Part shown: in pieces, positions 1 through 15,037 of the stretch
How positions within the stretch are numbered: position 1 is the first letter of the stretch
Layout of the letters: the number at the start of each line of letters is the position of its first letter
NCBI GenBank assembly: GCA_012295275.1
Contig: CM022678.1
Coordinates: 19,778,001-19,842,000 of the forward strand
Source: Chrysomallon squamiferum
Lineage: Eukaryota; Animalia; Mollusca
DNA length: 64,000 nt
Direction of reading: 5' to 3'
Program-made: the position numbers and the translations under genes
Notes under the pieces: model-generated
Seen by the model: the letters and a program-made list of their open reading frames with translations, nothing else
What the model was told of the DNA's origin: nothing
The model's database searches: none

Positions 1-1476
1 ATAAAGATAAATAATAAAATAAAAATAAATAAATAAATAAATAAAAAAACAAAAACAAACAAACAAACAAATCAATATCACACAGTAATGTCGTTTTATC
101 CTATTTACCTTTTTATTTCCCTCGTTCGTTATTTCACTTTTTAATCATTCTTTTCTCTTTTCTTCTTTCTTTTATTCGTACTTTCTCTCTCCTTTATTCA
201 TTCTTTCTCTCTGCCTTTCTTTTATCCATTTCTACTCTTTTTTTGATATTTCGTTCTTCTCTTTTTTATTCTTTATTTCTAATTTTAATAATTTTTTTGT
301 TTGATTGTTTTGTATTGCTTATGCTTTACCCATTTAACAGCAAGTGTAAAATTTTTACATTCTCATATAATTGCTTCTTCTGTTATCCGTTTTTAACCGT
401 TCTTGAACGCTATTATTTTACTGTGGTATTTCGGTTACATTTAAAACCATTCTTCAGTATTTTTTTCTGTTTGTGTCTATCAGTGACTGTCGACACTGTA
501 GTGGTAGTTGTTTATTTTATACTGTTTCGTTGTAGTAGCAGTTGCTTTATTTTGTTATAATAGATGCTGTTATTATTGTTGATTTTGTTTTGGTTTTGTT
601 TTTACTTTATTATTTTTTTTAATTATGTATTTTCTTTGTTGTTGTCTTATTTGTTATTAAAGGAATGAATTATTTTTTACTTTTTCTTGTAAATGTTGAG
701 TTTTGCGTGTCATCTATGAAACAGCTGTTCACTCTGGGTGCTTCGGCCTCAGTGTTGCTATTGTTGTTGCTGCTGCTGTTGCTGCAACCATTCACAAAAC
801 ATAAAACAAAAAGCGACGAATTCTTTTTTTTTGAAAACTGGATTTATCGTCTGCTAATTACCTGCACGTGTTGCGTAGTGATCGCATCATCACCCACGAA
901 TAGCGCGCGCTTCAAACTGCAGCCGCTCACGAAAATACATCACACACGACAACACATCAAGGTGATACACTAGAACGCTGACGATGATGATAAACAACGA
1001 CGTGGTCATTTATTAATGTAGTTTTTTTATAACCTTCATCAGGAGAAAAAAAACAAAACAAAGCGTGCTACATAACAGCTGGTGTACGTCCGTCCGTGTT
1101 AATAGTGTTAAAACAAACCACGTGATCAGAGAAAGATAAACACAGTCTGCTCCGTAGATTAAAACCATATGTCACAATAACTTTCACACTTTTTCTCTTA
1201 ATAAATACGTGTATTAATACGGTTTTTCAACAAAAAAATTAAAAGTTTTTTTTTTGATTAAATGATTTTTTTTTTTTTTTAGTCATATTTTGCAGTTGAA
1301 TTTTTCAGTTTTTTTTTTAATAAAATCACCCTTAAAAAAATACAAATAAACATATCTATTTACTTAATGTAGCAATGGTTGGCTATAGGAGAAAAAAAAA
1401 AATGAAAGAAAAAGATTATATAAATATTAAAGATGAAAGAAAGTAGTGAAAATGCATTTGCTGGAATTCTTAACGA

Positions 1477-1518
<42 letters not shown>

Positions 1519-1908
1519 ACTCACAGACACACAAATTGTTTTTAAAAACTTAAAAGGAAGGAAGAAAGAAAGAAAGAAAAGAAATCATTAGTCAGTCAGT
1601 CAGTAAGACAGTCAGTCAGTCCATCAGTAAGACAGTCAGTCAGTCATTTTTTCAGTCAGTAAATTTATTTCATTCTGCAGTAAATATATTTACTGCAGTC
1701 CGATATTCTAAAAACAACTAATCAAACATTTATGCAATTCTCACTGGAACTTGCCGACATTACGGTGATGTTTCTGATTAATTGTCACCTAATGTCAATG
1801 ACGCATGCACATACGTCATAGTGACGTGATAAACAGTTACAACGTAATAGGTTATGACGTAATCTGTTTGGAGATGACATACGACTTGAAAACGGTAGTA
1901 TGTTCTAC

Positions 1909-1982
<74 letters not shown>

Positions 1983-2414
1983 ACTAATGATTGTGCTTAG
2001 GTTATCGTTAAAGTTCAAGTTATTCTACTATGATAAATTTTGCACATAAATTAATAAGTAAATAAATAAATATTATTATTATTATTATTATCATTAATAT
2101 TATTGTTGTTGTTGTTGTTGTCGTTCTAGCTGTGTTGTCATTGTTGTTGTTGTTGTTGTTGTTTTTCCTGCTGTTGCTATTTGTGTTGTTATTGATTTTA
2201 CTGTTATTGTTGGTGTTCTAGCTTCTGATATTGTAAAAAGTGTTCTGAACATTTAGACAAAATCAGTATTCATAAATATATCAGTCCGGTTACTGAATTA
2301 CTTTTATTTTACATGTGTCAGTAATATGAGCAACGTGGTAGCAAGAATTGATTTTTTTAATTAGTTTAAATCTGTCATGTTTTAATGTCGACTTGTCTGT
2401 TCTTAGCCAAGCGA

Positions 2415-2720
2415 ATATCATATCAGTTTTACAAGGTCAACTAAACACATCAGTTTTACAAGCGTATTAAATATATCAGATTTACAAGCATAATAAATAG
2501 ATCAGTTTTACAAGCATTAACAGATGTATTAGTTATACAAGCCACTTAATACATCAGTTTGACGAGCTAACAAATATATCAGTTTTTCAAACAATGCAAA
2601 ATATATCAGTTTTACAAGCATAATAAATATATCTAGTTTTACAAACACTACTTAATATATCAGTTTTACAAACACTGGTAAATATATCAGATTTACAATA
2701 ACTAACTCAATATATATCAA
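2415..2720. repeat. Degenerate ~23-bp tandem array (ATATATCAGTTTTACAAGCA..AATAA)
   Basis: ATCAGTTTTACAA-like core recurs more than 10 times. Confidence 0.85.
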
Positions 2721-3115
2721 ATTTAGAAACTCTAACTAAAGAATCCAGGTTTAAAAATACTATTACTGATAAAAAAAAAATCAAAATACTTCTAAAGATA
2801 ACAGTTTCAGAATTATTTTTTCTAGCTGTTAGTTTGACTGCAGTGTTTGATATATCTTTCTTCCTGTTTCGGATAATTATTTTAAGTATCAGTCTGAGAA
2901 ATGTACGTGTAAAAATAATAAATAAATCAATGAACAAAGTAAAATTCTCTATTAAAATGGATTCGCTCGTCGATTTATTGCAGTCGCTATTGCAAATACG
3001 TGCTTCATTAAAAGAGTTAGCCAATTCTCTATCGCAGTTTAACAAATCAGAACTTTTCTGTTTAGTCTTTGTTTTCCTCGCCTTCCACCTTTAATTAATT
3101 AATTAATTAACTAAT

Positions 3116-3162
<47 letters not shown>

Positions 3163-3221
3163 TATAGTGTTGGATGAAGTATGTCGTAAAATTCAACGTA
3201 ATCTAAAAGCGTAATCGGTTA

Positions 3222-3272
<51 letters not shown>

Positions 3273-3465
3273 ATGAATGATACAAATTAATAATTTATAA
3301 TATAATAATTGTGACAGAAACAGAAGGATATTACCACTACTACTACAAGTTAATAACAATAATAATAATAACAACAACAACAACAACAACATCAATAATA
3401 ATAATAATAATAATAAATTGTTGCATTTCCTTTTGACGATTTACTGATTTCGTGTGTGATGTATG

Positions 3466-3582
<117 letters not shown>

Positions 3583-4164
3583 ATGTATGTATGTATGTAT
3601 GTGGTTATATGTTATAGGAATGAGAAGAAAAAATAACGAACCTGTCTGTTTCAAATTAAAACCTAATTTCTAATCTATAGATATCATCATTCACAAAATA
3701 ATCAGGAAAACAGAAAAGAGAAAAAAAAAAAAAAACGTAACAGATTGTGTGGAAAGTGGTCTTAATGAAAAACATCTGCAAAATGCGCGTGTATAAATAA
3801 CTCGCTCTCGTCTTAAGATGTGGATTTATCTAATTTACACAGACACCAGTGACGTCACAGCAATCTGCAAGCTGTCGTGTCCAATCAAAACAGACAACGT
3901 GTCCATCAAAGATGTTGTTGCTGATTATATCCAATAATATTAATGAGGTTGACGATAATGATGATGATGATGATGACGATAATGATCGCGATGATTACGA
4001 CGATGAGGATGATGATAATTATGATGATGAGGATGATGAGGATGATGATGACGACAACGACGACAATAATGATATTTGATATAACAAAATACATCTTCCT
4101 TTTACAAAATTAGTTGGAAATATATGACAAAGGTTTGTACCTTTCCATATATTTATACTTAGTC

Positions 4165-4196
<32 letters not shown>

Positions 4197-5474
4197 CAAG
4201 ATCAAATACTCTCACATGATTGTACAGATATGATTTACAAGATGTTTTATATAATAGTTATCATTGTACACAAATTACTGTATCAAAATCAGAAATGTAC
4301 GGTTATACAGGACGATAAACTTTAAATTATTTGTACAAAAAAGGAACCTTAACAAATACCGTTCATGTTACCACATTTACAGTGTAACTAACGAATGTTC
4401 AGTTAAATGCAGATTTTAAATATAATTCTTCATTTATGCAAGATTTACGAATATGCACGTTATATAGTCATAGAGATGTATTCAAATGCATTAGAACTTA
4501 GTGCTTTAGAATATATTTATAGTTTATTTATGACGTAATCGTTAGAGCATGATGTCACTTGTTTGTATATAACGTAGCTAGTTATTTTAAATGAGTCATG
4601 TTACATTACGTTTCGTTTATAACTGAGATATACGTAATTTAATACAACTTTATGAAAACGGAAAAAATAAAATAAAATGAAATAAAATAAAGGAAAAGAC
4701 GGAACGACATAATAAAGGAATAAACGCATGAACAAATAAATAGGGAATAGGTGTCACCCATATATTATAACACTAATACTGCAACTGAATGAATGAATGA
4801 TGGACGGACGGATGGATGAATAGTAAAAGTATTTGTACCCGCTAAAAAAATTATTTTCTAAAGCTACTTCAACATTCCACGTGATTTGAACGAAGTGTTG
4901 TTATGGCAACAGATGCCGGCGGGAATGGCGCGAACGACACCGACGTCACAGTTTTAAGTGGACACCACCCGATCTGCTTCTTCAAACTTTCTTCTAGTTC
5001 TTTTTTTTTTTTCTTTTTTTATTTTTTATTAGCATTATTTATTTTTTTATTTTTTTATTTTTCGTTCCTTTTAATTTAGTTATATATGCTATATATGATA
5101 AACAGGGAGATAGATAAGCAGAAAACAGATAGACAGTTATTATATTTGACTTTATTTCTGATTTTGGTTATTTTATTTTATTTTATTTTATTTTTTTTTT
5201 TTAACTCTGAGGTATTGATTTAATCAAGGAGCTAAAAAAAAAAAAAAAAAAATTAAAACATAGAATGATGTCAGGATGGATACCAGGCAACTATTTCATG
5301 ACAAATTTTAAGATTCTTTGGAGAAAAAGCTAAAAAAGATTTTTTTTTTGTCTTCCCACAGATTCAAGTAGTGGTTTCATTTGACAGTCTTCAACATTTC
5401 TGACGTCAAGCACAAAAGTATAGTAGCCAAGATATTCATTAAATGTATGATATGAAGAAAACTGTATACGTAAA

Positions 5475-5800
5475 AAAGTATCTACGATGTTAACTAGATT
5501 TTTATTCAGAAGTATCTCTATAAGCAACAAGACTGTATTAAAATATCTGTCTTAATAAGATTGTAACTATGATATTAAACAGATTGCAAAATAATATCTA
5601 TAGTACTGTTAACAAAATTGTATTAATGTATCTATAATAGTAGATTGTAATTAAAATATCTATGATAATAACTAGATTGTATTAAAATATGAAAGATGTT
5701 AATTAGATTTGACCAAAATATTTATAACATCAACAAGACTGCATTATAAATAAGTATGATATTAACTAGGCTGTAAGAAATATCTATCATATTGACTAAC
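5475..5800. repeat. Degenerate ~30-bp tandem array (ACTAGATTGTATTAAAATATCTATGATATTA)
   Basis: AGATTGTA...ATCTATGAT motif recurs with about 30-bp period. Confidence 0.75.
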
Positions 5801-5935
5801 AAATTTTAAATATTTATTAATCTAATTTGTTTATTTATTTATTTATTTATTTATTTATTTTATATAACTGGTATAAAAAAACGGTTATATATAAATAAAT
5901 AAATTTCTATGATATTAATTGGATTGAAACATTAT

Positions 5936-5981
<46 letters not shown>

Positions 5982-6020
5982 TTTAAATTGGATTTCCTTT
6001 TGACGACTGATTTATTAATG

Positions 6021-6126
<106 letters not shown>

Positions 6127-7747
6127 TGTATTTCGTTGAATATATCCGTACATAAACTAACATGTTCTTGCATAGTCAGATAAAATATGAAGTATAATTT
6201 AAATAAAAAAATTTCGCTGCACTGTTATTTCGCCATCTTGTTTTCTTCTTCATTAACTCCTTTTCTCCGACCTCTTCGCCAGATTACATTTCAGAAACAT
6301 CCGGTTTTTGGGGTGTCGCCTCTGATTACGTGTTTTCTGATTGGGTGATTAAGCGTGTCTTTTACGCTGATTGGCTACATCCTCGGTTCGGGTCAAAAAA
6401 ACGGGCCTTCGATCCAAAAAAAAAAAAAAATAAAAAAAAAAAAATAAAAAATAAAAATAAAAAAAATTAAAAAACGCAATTCGTATAACTGCATCAGCTC
6501 TAAATCCGCGGTTCCGTGAACTTAATTAAATCAAAAGTTTGGATTTTCCATTCTGCCCGAACTTGTGCGAGAAATGTCAACCGGTTTTGTCAGAGGAAAT
6601 AATTCCGTCGTTAAGCGATCACGGAGAAAATGTCAAGAGATCGCCATTACGTACGACACTGGAGTAACAATAAATCTATGAATTCTACGATCGAACACGT
6701 CAGCCCCCCCCATCCCCCCACCATCACCATCAAGCTCGTGCAGCTGTTCTATATTTAACCAGCGCTGGTCGCCAGTTGCAAGCTCGTGTCGATATCTGCA
6801 AGTAATATTAACCAAAAATACAAATTTGATTATCAGACGAAAATAGACACCAGACGCGCGAACATTGACCAAGGGCAGTCGGAACGAGGCCGCGCACGTG
6901 AATAATCAGACGATGCGTCGATGAAGATTATAATTAAGTGCTGAAGAAAAATGCCCAATGTGTTTTAGCCGAATCGCTCGAGATAACTAACGTGTTTTAA
7001 TGAAAACGGTTTAAGACGGTTGTTTTAAGCAAAGCCGTCGAAAAGAATAATAAAATAAAAATAACGTGTTTTAACTGAAATCTTCGTGATACTTGTAATG
7101 AAAACCTTCTCGATGTTTTAGTTTGTTTTCATCGAAGTCTGAGAGATAGATAACGCGTTTAAATATGAAGGACGTACATGTAGATGAATACATGCATACG
7201 TACAACGTGCATAGTATACACTAACTTAATCATCTTTGTACACTCATTCAAATACACACACAAACACATAAATAATACACACATACATACACACACACAT
7301 ACATACACACACACACACATATATATATATACACATACATACACATACACACATATACAAATATAAACAAACACATACATTCATACATACAGACACAAAT
7401 ACATAATTAAACATTTAAGAAATCAAGAAAATTAGTAATCAGTACTGAACGTATTAATATTCTAACCACTCAAATAGAAACTATTTAAAAAATAAGTAAA
7501 TAAATAAATAAATAACTGTAGCCAATGAAAAATTGATAACAGAAAAACATTATCTTTAAAAATAAAAAATAAAATGAATGGTAACGATTATCTTATAATC
7601 CACATCGAAATGTTTCTTTTCTTTTTCTTTTTTTTTTAATTTAAATTTTAAATTCTTTTGTTTTAATAAATTTGATCATCTTTTTTAATTATGGTTGTTA
7701 TTGTTGTTTCGTTTCTTCCCTTTCTTTTTGTTCCCCTCCCCGTTCCT

Positions 7748-7790
<43 letters not shown>

Positions 7791-8281
7791 TTTTTAATGA
7801 TTTTTAATAATTATTCATTTCTTCCACTAACTCACAAATAATCTGTTTTAAAATATTATCTGCGGGGCTAACGTGTCAAAACACACTTACTTCCGGTGTA
7901 ACAACAATAAATGAACAGAAGAAGAGAAAACCACCCCACAATGATATTTTCACTAAAACGACTTACAGCTAGAGGTGAAATTAGACAAACACAAATTTAA
8001 AAAAAAAACTAAAAAACTAAAAAACAAAACAATCTTTACACATTCTCGTCTAATTTAAAAAAAAAAAAAAAAAAAATAACTGGGTGTTTTCTCTGAAGAA
8101 TATAATTTAAAATTATCACAAATGGCTTTCAGAGAACAACGACAGAAATAGAGCTTAAGAAGGAAATAAGGATGAAAAAAAAATGTAATCATCAGTTTTT
8201 CACAGTCGTTGCAAAAATATACACTGCAGTGAAGAAGAGATAATAACAGATGACCCTACATAACGTAGTACATGTGTGTTT

Positions 8282-8384
<103 letters not shown>

Positions 8385-8456
8385 ATAGAGAAAAAAAAAC
8401 AAATCATATTTAAAGTAAACTGAAAAAGTAATAGAAACTAAACGGAAGGGCAGAGA

Positions 8457-8841
8457 GTCTGTTTCAAACTAAACGTATTTACGTTAGTTGAGTGTGTTTC
8501 AAACTAAACGTATTTACGTTAGCTGAATGTGTTTCAAACTAAACGTAGTTACGTTATCTGAGGGTGTTTCAAACTAAACGTAGTTACGTTAGCTGAGTGT
8601 GTTTCAAACTAAACGTATTTACGTTAGCTGAGTGTGTTTCAAGCTAAACGTATTTACGTTATCTGAGTGTGTTTCAAACTAAACGTATTTACGTTACCTG
8701 AGTGTGTTTCAAACTAAACGTATTTACGTTATCTGAGTGAGTTTGAAACTAAACGTAGTTACGTTAGCTGAGTGTGTTTCAAACTAACGTATTTACGTTA
8801 TCTGAGTGTGTTTGAAACTAAACGTATTTAGCTGAGTGTGT
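8457..8841. repeat. 35-bp minisatellite, about 11 copies (GTTTCAAACTAAACGTATTTACGTTAGCTGAGTGT)
   Basis: Head-to-tail near-identical units without spacers. Confidence 0.95.
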
Positions 8842-9119
8842 TACTAAGACATTAGACAAGTCAAATGAAATTTGTCTGCATTGACACAGTTTGCAGACGG
8901 AGGCGTACATCGCACTGTCCAAATCGTCTGATACGGTGAAACTCAAATTAGGATTGTCGCAGTGTGCAAATAAATGAAATGAATTCTCTTTTAACGCTTT
9001 ACTTATATCTCTGACGTTTTTCTGTCTTTATATATCAATATTTTCTTACTTCTGTTGTTATTGTTAAGAATTATTTTAAATCTGGATATTTTCACACATC
9101 TAAGTTGCGATCAACTAAT

Positions 9120-9860
9120 AACTGTATTAATACGTTACAATAACTGACCGTTATATTATAACAAGGGTCTCGAGTTTTAGAATAATGTTCAGAGTATTAA
9201 TACAGTGTTCCTGATTTGTTAAATATTCATGAATTTCATGAATACCTATGCATCAATTCGGTGGTTAAAGCTTGTTATGTATTAAAACAATGTTCATAAC
9301 TTGTTACGAATTAGTAGAATATTCATGACTTCCTACGTATTAATAATGTGTTCCTGATTTGTTACGTATTGAAACAAACTTCATGAAAACCGATGTATCA
9401 GTTTAGTGTGTATGACTTGTTATGTATTAATAAAATATTCCTGACTTGTTACGAATTAATATCCAGTGAAATTAACTGGTTACATATTCATACAATTTGC
9501 ACGACGTTTGACGTATTATTAAAGTGTGTGTGCGTAGAATGTTACGTATTAATTCAATGTTCATGACTTATTACGTATTAAAATAACATTAAGAACATGT
9601 AACATAATAATACAATGTTTGTAACCTGTTACCTATTAAGATTATGTCCATGGAATTGATACGTATTAATACAAAATTCGAAAACCTACTATGTATTAAT
9701 AAAACGTTCATGATCTATTAGGTCACGTATTAACTCAGTGTTCAGCACTGATGACGTAGTTTCATATTAATACAGTTTTAATGACCTTTTTTACGTACTA
9801 GAAAAACGCTCATAACTTCTTAATTACAATAGTTTCCACGCTGTTACGTAATAACACAGA
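9120..9860. repeat. Degenerate ~30-bp tandem array (CTTGTTACGTATTAATACAATGTTCATGA)
   Basis: TTACGTATTAA...TTCATGA recurs about 20 times with heavy divergence. Confidence 0.8.
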
Positions 9861-10606
9861 AGTTATTCATTCGACGGTTACGAATGGTTACGTATCAACG
9901 ACAGCGTATTACGTCGGTTGACGTGGGGTTATGAGCACTCGCATTAAATCACTTCACCGACGACTGCGTTCAGACCACTACAAACGGAGACACCGAGTCA
10001 TGACCACTGGTCAAGTATGTTGTCAATTAATTGCGGACAATTTGGGCAAGTAACAAGAGTAGCTGATGACCAGTCGAGTTTTCTCCGACAGCCGGTCAGA
10101 ATCGATCGATTGACTGGACGGAATACCTTGAGCCGCGGTGCATGCCGGTACGGCTGCAGTAAAAACCAATCATCGGCATTGTGACACAACGTGGCGTTTC
10201 TGTGACAGCGGCCTGCGAGAAGTGAGACGACGTCATGTCGGGAAAAGACGAGGTGATTGCCAGCCTTTTGTCTGATTATTGAAATACGATAACACACAAC
10301 TGAAAGCAAGACAAACGTCCACACACAGTGACAACTGCGTGAGAACGTGAACCAGTAAATTCTCTTTTACAATTCTCACTCTCTCTCTTCTTCTCTCTTC
10401 TCTTTTATATATATATACACACACACATATTATACAATATAATATAACAGTAACAGTAACAGTAGTAGAAATTTTCTTATTCTGAACATTTTTTTCTTTA
10501 ATTATTTTTCTGTTTTTTCTGAATTATTCTTATTCTGAACATTCCTTGCCCTCATAGATTAATTCTCTCATTTTCTCTTTCTGATCTCCTTCTCTCTCAG
10601 TTTTCC

Positions 10607-10686
<80 letters not shown>

Positions 10687-10694
10687 CTCTCTTT

Positions 10695-10751
<57 letters not shown>

Positions 10752-10754
10752 CAA

Positions 10755-10838
<84 letters not shown>

Positions 10839-11635
10839 CTCTGAGTAGAAAGAAGTACACAAATCTCTATGAATGGCGAAGAATGGCCGAGTTCTAGGAA
10901 TGGTAACAAATCGACGAGTTTAAAGATTTCTAGCGACTCTAGAAACGCGATAAGTCAAACACACAAATTGAATTTCTAACACTCTCTGTGTGTACTTTGT
11001 GCTCCACGTCAACTCAAACAACGCGAAACCTGACACTGAGTCAAACACACAAACTGAATTACACGACGTACATTAAACTGTGAAGTATTTGTGTTTCAAA
11101 CACTAAATAAATTAAAGCGTGTATATTAAATATTCGTGTTTGTGTTTCAAAACTGAATTATAGTCATGCTTTTAACTGTGAAATACTTTTGTTTCCAAAC
11201 AATAAATGTATATTACTAATGTATAAAGGAATTTAGAACTACAAAAAAATATAACTATTTTAAACAAATTAAATGAATAGACTGACGGTATGAAATAGTG
11301 GTAGTATTAGTAGTATTAGTAGTTATTTTTGTTGTTGTTGTTATAAAATAAGTTGAATCAAAAGTGGACATCATATATCTTTTAATATTGATTCATTTAT
11401 GCTCTCGTTCATTCGTCATTTCATTAATTCGTTGATTCATTCAACTGTGTATTTCGTATTAATGTATTTTAAATGGATTTCGCCAACGCCAATTCTTAAT
11501 GACATTTTTCAATTTACTTTCGGAATTTATTTTTATTTTTATTTTATATATTAAAGAATGTAAATACATAAATTTATTAATTACTTCTTCTTCTTCTTCT
11601 TCTTTTTAGGAATGTAAATACATTAATAACCTACG

Positions 11636-11678
<43 letters not shown>

Positions 11679-12429
11679 AAGAAAGAAAAAGATGTAAACA
11701 TTCAGACAGACAAGAAGAATGTGTCTTCGTTAATTATATTTGAAAAAAAGAAAATAACGAAAAACGAAACACCGCCCGTCTGCTGTACGAGCGAGTTCGA
11801 CTGGGGTTACTCGAGTGAACGTTCTCAATGAACCGATATTTTCTGCCTCGCGAAAACGCGATTAGATAAGAATACACTGTTACTTGTAGTTTCAACATAT
11901 CCACCTTATCACGTACAACACAGAATGCGCATTTCTTCACTTTTAGTTCAAAGTTCTGTCATGATAGATTAAACAAAAACGGAGGAAAGTTTTTAAATAA
12001 TGTTGTTGTACTGCGCAAACATACACTACGTTTTATATTTGTGTATTTTGTTTTGTCGTTCTCGGTTTTAAACTGTAAATATTAATAATACACTTGTGAC
12101 GTTACAAATTAGAAGTAATCAAATAATGTTTTACCGTATATTGTGACATCAAAATGGTGTAATTAGTTTTACTATATACTCCTTTGTAACATCACAGAAC
12201 GACGTGTTTACTGTGTAATTGTATCTTGTTTCTGACTTCATAGAGGACTGTGACGTCACGACGTAGTTTCAATACAAAAATATTATTATAGCAATTAAAA
12301 ATAGCGTGATTAATGTTTATTACTTATGTAAAGACATACCAGTCAGAAACAAACGCATTGTAAAAATAAAACGTCATTATATGGAAAACAATTATCAGGA
12401 ATAAATGTATAATATTATAATTATTATTT

Positions 12430-12992
12430 CTACAACTACTACTGCTTCTGATGCTGCTACTACTACAACAATTACTACTACTACTACTACTACTACTGCT
12501 ACTACTACTGCTACTACAACAGTTACTAATACTACAACTACTAACAGTACAGCAAGTAATATTACTACTACAAATTCAGCAGCCAACACAGTCATCATTA
12601 ATAAAACCACTATTACTGCTATGGCTGTTATTGTTATTGTTGTCGTTGTTGTTGTTGCTCTTGTGGTTGTGGTAGAGAGAGAACAAGAAACAAAAACGTG
12701 TATGAGAGACAGAAAGTCTGAAACACAAGAGATTCAACAAAGAAAAAAGATACAAGAAAACAACGCTATTCTCAAACATATTGTAAAATTTTACTTGCAA
12801 TCGATTTTCCGCGGAATATTAGATTTAAACCACAGAGACAGATATAACACACTGCGACATATTACACGCCGAATTAGAATTTATTTCACGTTTCACTGAA
12901 TGTAAAGACCTAGAATTACTATAGAAACTTGCGTTATTTTAATATTAAATGAGTAACAGATGGTCTACCTTTCCATTTTATTAAAATAAATA

Positions 12993-13074
<82 letters not shown>

Positions 13075-13075
13075 A

Positions 13076-13116
<41 letters not shown>

Positions 13117-13487
13117 ACAGTATCTACACAATATTTGTGTACAAATAATATCGAATTAAAAACAGTAGTAATAATATAAAGAAAAAAGCAAAAAACCAAC
13201 AAAACAAAAAAGCAGCTATTTCTACTGTACACAGAAATTATAATAAGACTAAGTAACAGTTAATAGTAGTAATAACAGTATTAGTAATAGTAGTAGTAGT
13301 AGTAATAGTAATAGTAGTACTAATAACGGTAGTACTAACAGTAGTAGTAGTAGTAATAGTGGTAGTCGTAGTAGTAATAATAATAATAATAATGGTAATA
13401 GTAGTAATACCAGTAATAGCAGTAATGAAAGTAGTAGTAGTAACAGTAGTAATAATAATAATAGTTGTAATAATAGCAATAATAGTA

Positions 13488-13518
<31 letters not shown>

Positions 13519-13959
13519 CGTTGTCGTAGTAGTAGTTGTAGTCGTAGTAGTCGTTGTCGTAGTAGTAGTCGTAGTCGTAGTAGTAGTAGTAGTAGTAGTA
13601 AAAGCAGTAATAATCACAACAACATTAATAACGGTTCAAAAATTAACTCTACTGAGTTATGTATAAATGAGAATTGTGCGACAACAGGCATGACGCAATT
13701 GCGTGATGATCTGGCGGCGATCACGTGACCGTTATTTCGATTTGCACAGTGACGTCTGCCACGCCACGTGCGGAAATGAGCAGGAGGGAAACGTTAGGTG
13801 ATTACTGTTTTCGTAAATAATTAAACACAATCTGCACATCGACACTTACACCGTTACTCGCGTGTGTCGCGTGCAGGGCATGCGCAGTGCACGAGTTCAG
13901 CGTGTTTGTTTTAGCAGTGAATGTATTACACCACAACAACAACAACAACAACAAAATAA

Positions 13960-13990
<31 letters not shown>

Positions 13991-14113
13991 AACAACAACA
14001 ACAACAACAACAAAATAATAATAATAAAAATAATAATAATAATGATAATAATGATGATGATGATGATAATAATAATGAGAATAGTAACAATAATAAATAT
14101 AATGATGATGATG

Positions 14114-14175
<62 letters not shown>

Positions 14176-14180
14176 TCACG
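12430..14180. repeat. Cluster of trinucleotide and dinucleotide microsatellites: (ACT)n, (CT)n, (TA)n, (TAG)n, (AAT)n/(AAC)n
   Basis: Source of the poly-T, poly-L, poly-Y and poly-I pseudo-ORFs. Similar blocks lie at 15310-15680, 43760-44060, 44730-45070, 50170-50480, 52580-52980 and 53320-53900. Confidence 0.95.
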
Positions 14181-14986
14181 ATATGACAACTAAATTAAAA
14201 ATCATGAATGTCATCGCCCATCAAAAATAAGTGTGAATCAGTAACCACCATGATCGTTACAACAACCACAACTACAACCACAAACACAATCATCACCGCC
14301 ACCACCACTGCAACCATAAAACAACGACAACAACCATCGCGACCTCCTCCACAAGACGACGGCACCAACTAACAACTTCACCACATGCATCATCAACAAT
14401 CACCATCACCATCATCAACAGCAGCAGCAGCAGCAGCAGCAGCAAATTACGTTACCAAGAATAGAGAGAAAGATTAAAATATGTAATTCGAGATTCGTAT
14501 TGCGTCAAACGGTTTACAAAAAAAAAAAAAAAAAAAAAATCTTTATTGTTCATGTTCAACTCGACATCCATTCCGAGCTGTTGTTGTAGCTGATAAAGTC
14601 TTCACAGAGGGTGCTAGAGTGCAGCACTCCCAAAACTCCATAAATCACAGATCTACTGTTAAACCTGTATGAATTATGAAAGTGGATTCTGGTATGGTTT
14701 GAACGTGTAACAATAACGGAATACATTTTAATGAAAAGCTTGTTACGTACGCGAACAGTAATGGATTATGTTACTGAAGAAAAACATTCAGTAGAGGAGT
14801 TAAAGTTATTGTATACAGAAGAAAGGGGGTGGGGAAAGAGAAAGAATAGAGATTAGTTGTTATTGCACAAACGGAAAACATAAATTCGATATATCTGACA
14901 ACAGCTTTTTAAGTAATAATAATAATAATAATAAATTAATAATAATAATAATAATAGTAATAGTAGTATATGCGTGTATGCGTGTG

Positions 14987-15037
<51 letters not shown>

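Noticed and set aside
2707-3094. Overlapping 112-aa and 86-aa ORFs in unique sequence
   Set aside because: No recognisable domain and no coding-like codon bias. A LINE fragment cannot be supported.
6168-6190. TTGCATAGTCA, matching the 5' end of miR-153; also CTAGATCCA in the 53-bp repeat, resembling part of miR-279
   Set aside because: The matches do not extend over the mature sequence, and no precursor hairpin is visible.
8457-8841. CRISPR-like 35-bp repeats beginning GTTTCAAAC
   Set aside because: Units are contiguous with no unique spacers, there are no cas genes, and the context is eukaryotic. It is a minisatellite.
14605-14660. GGGTGCTAGAGTGCAGCACTCC hairpin resembling the interior of a MITE
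   Set aside because: No paired terminal inverted repeats or target-site duplication were identifiable.
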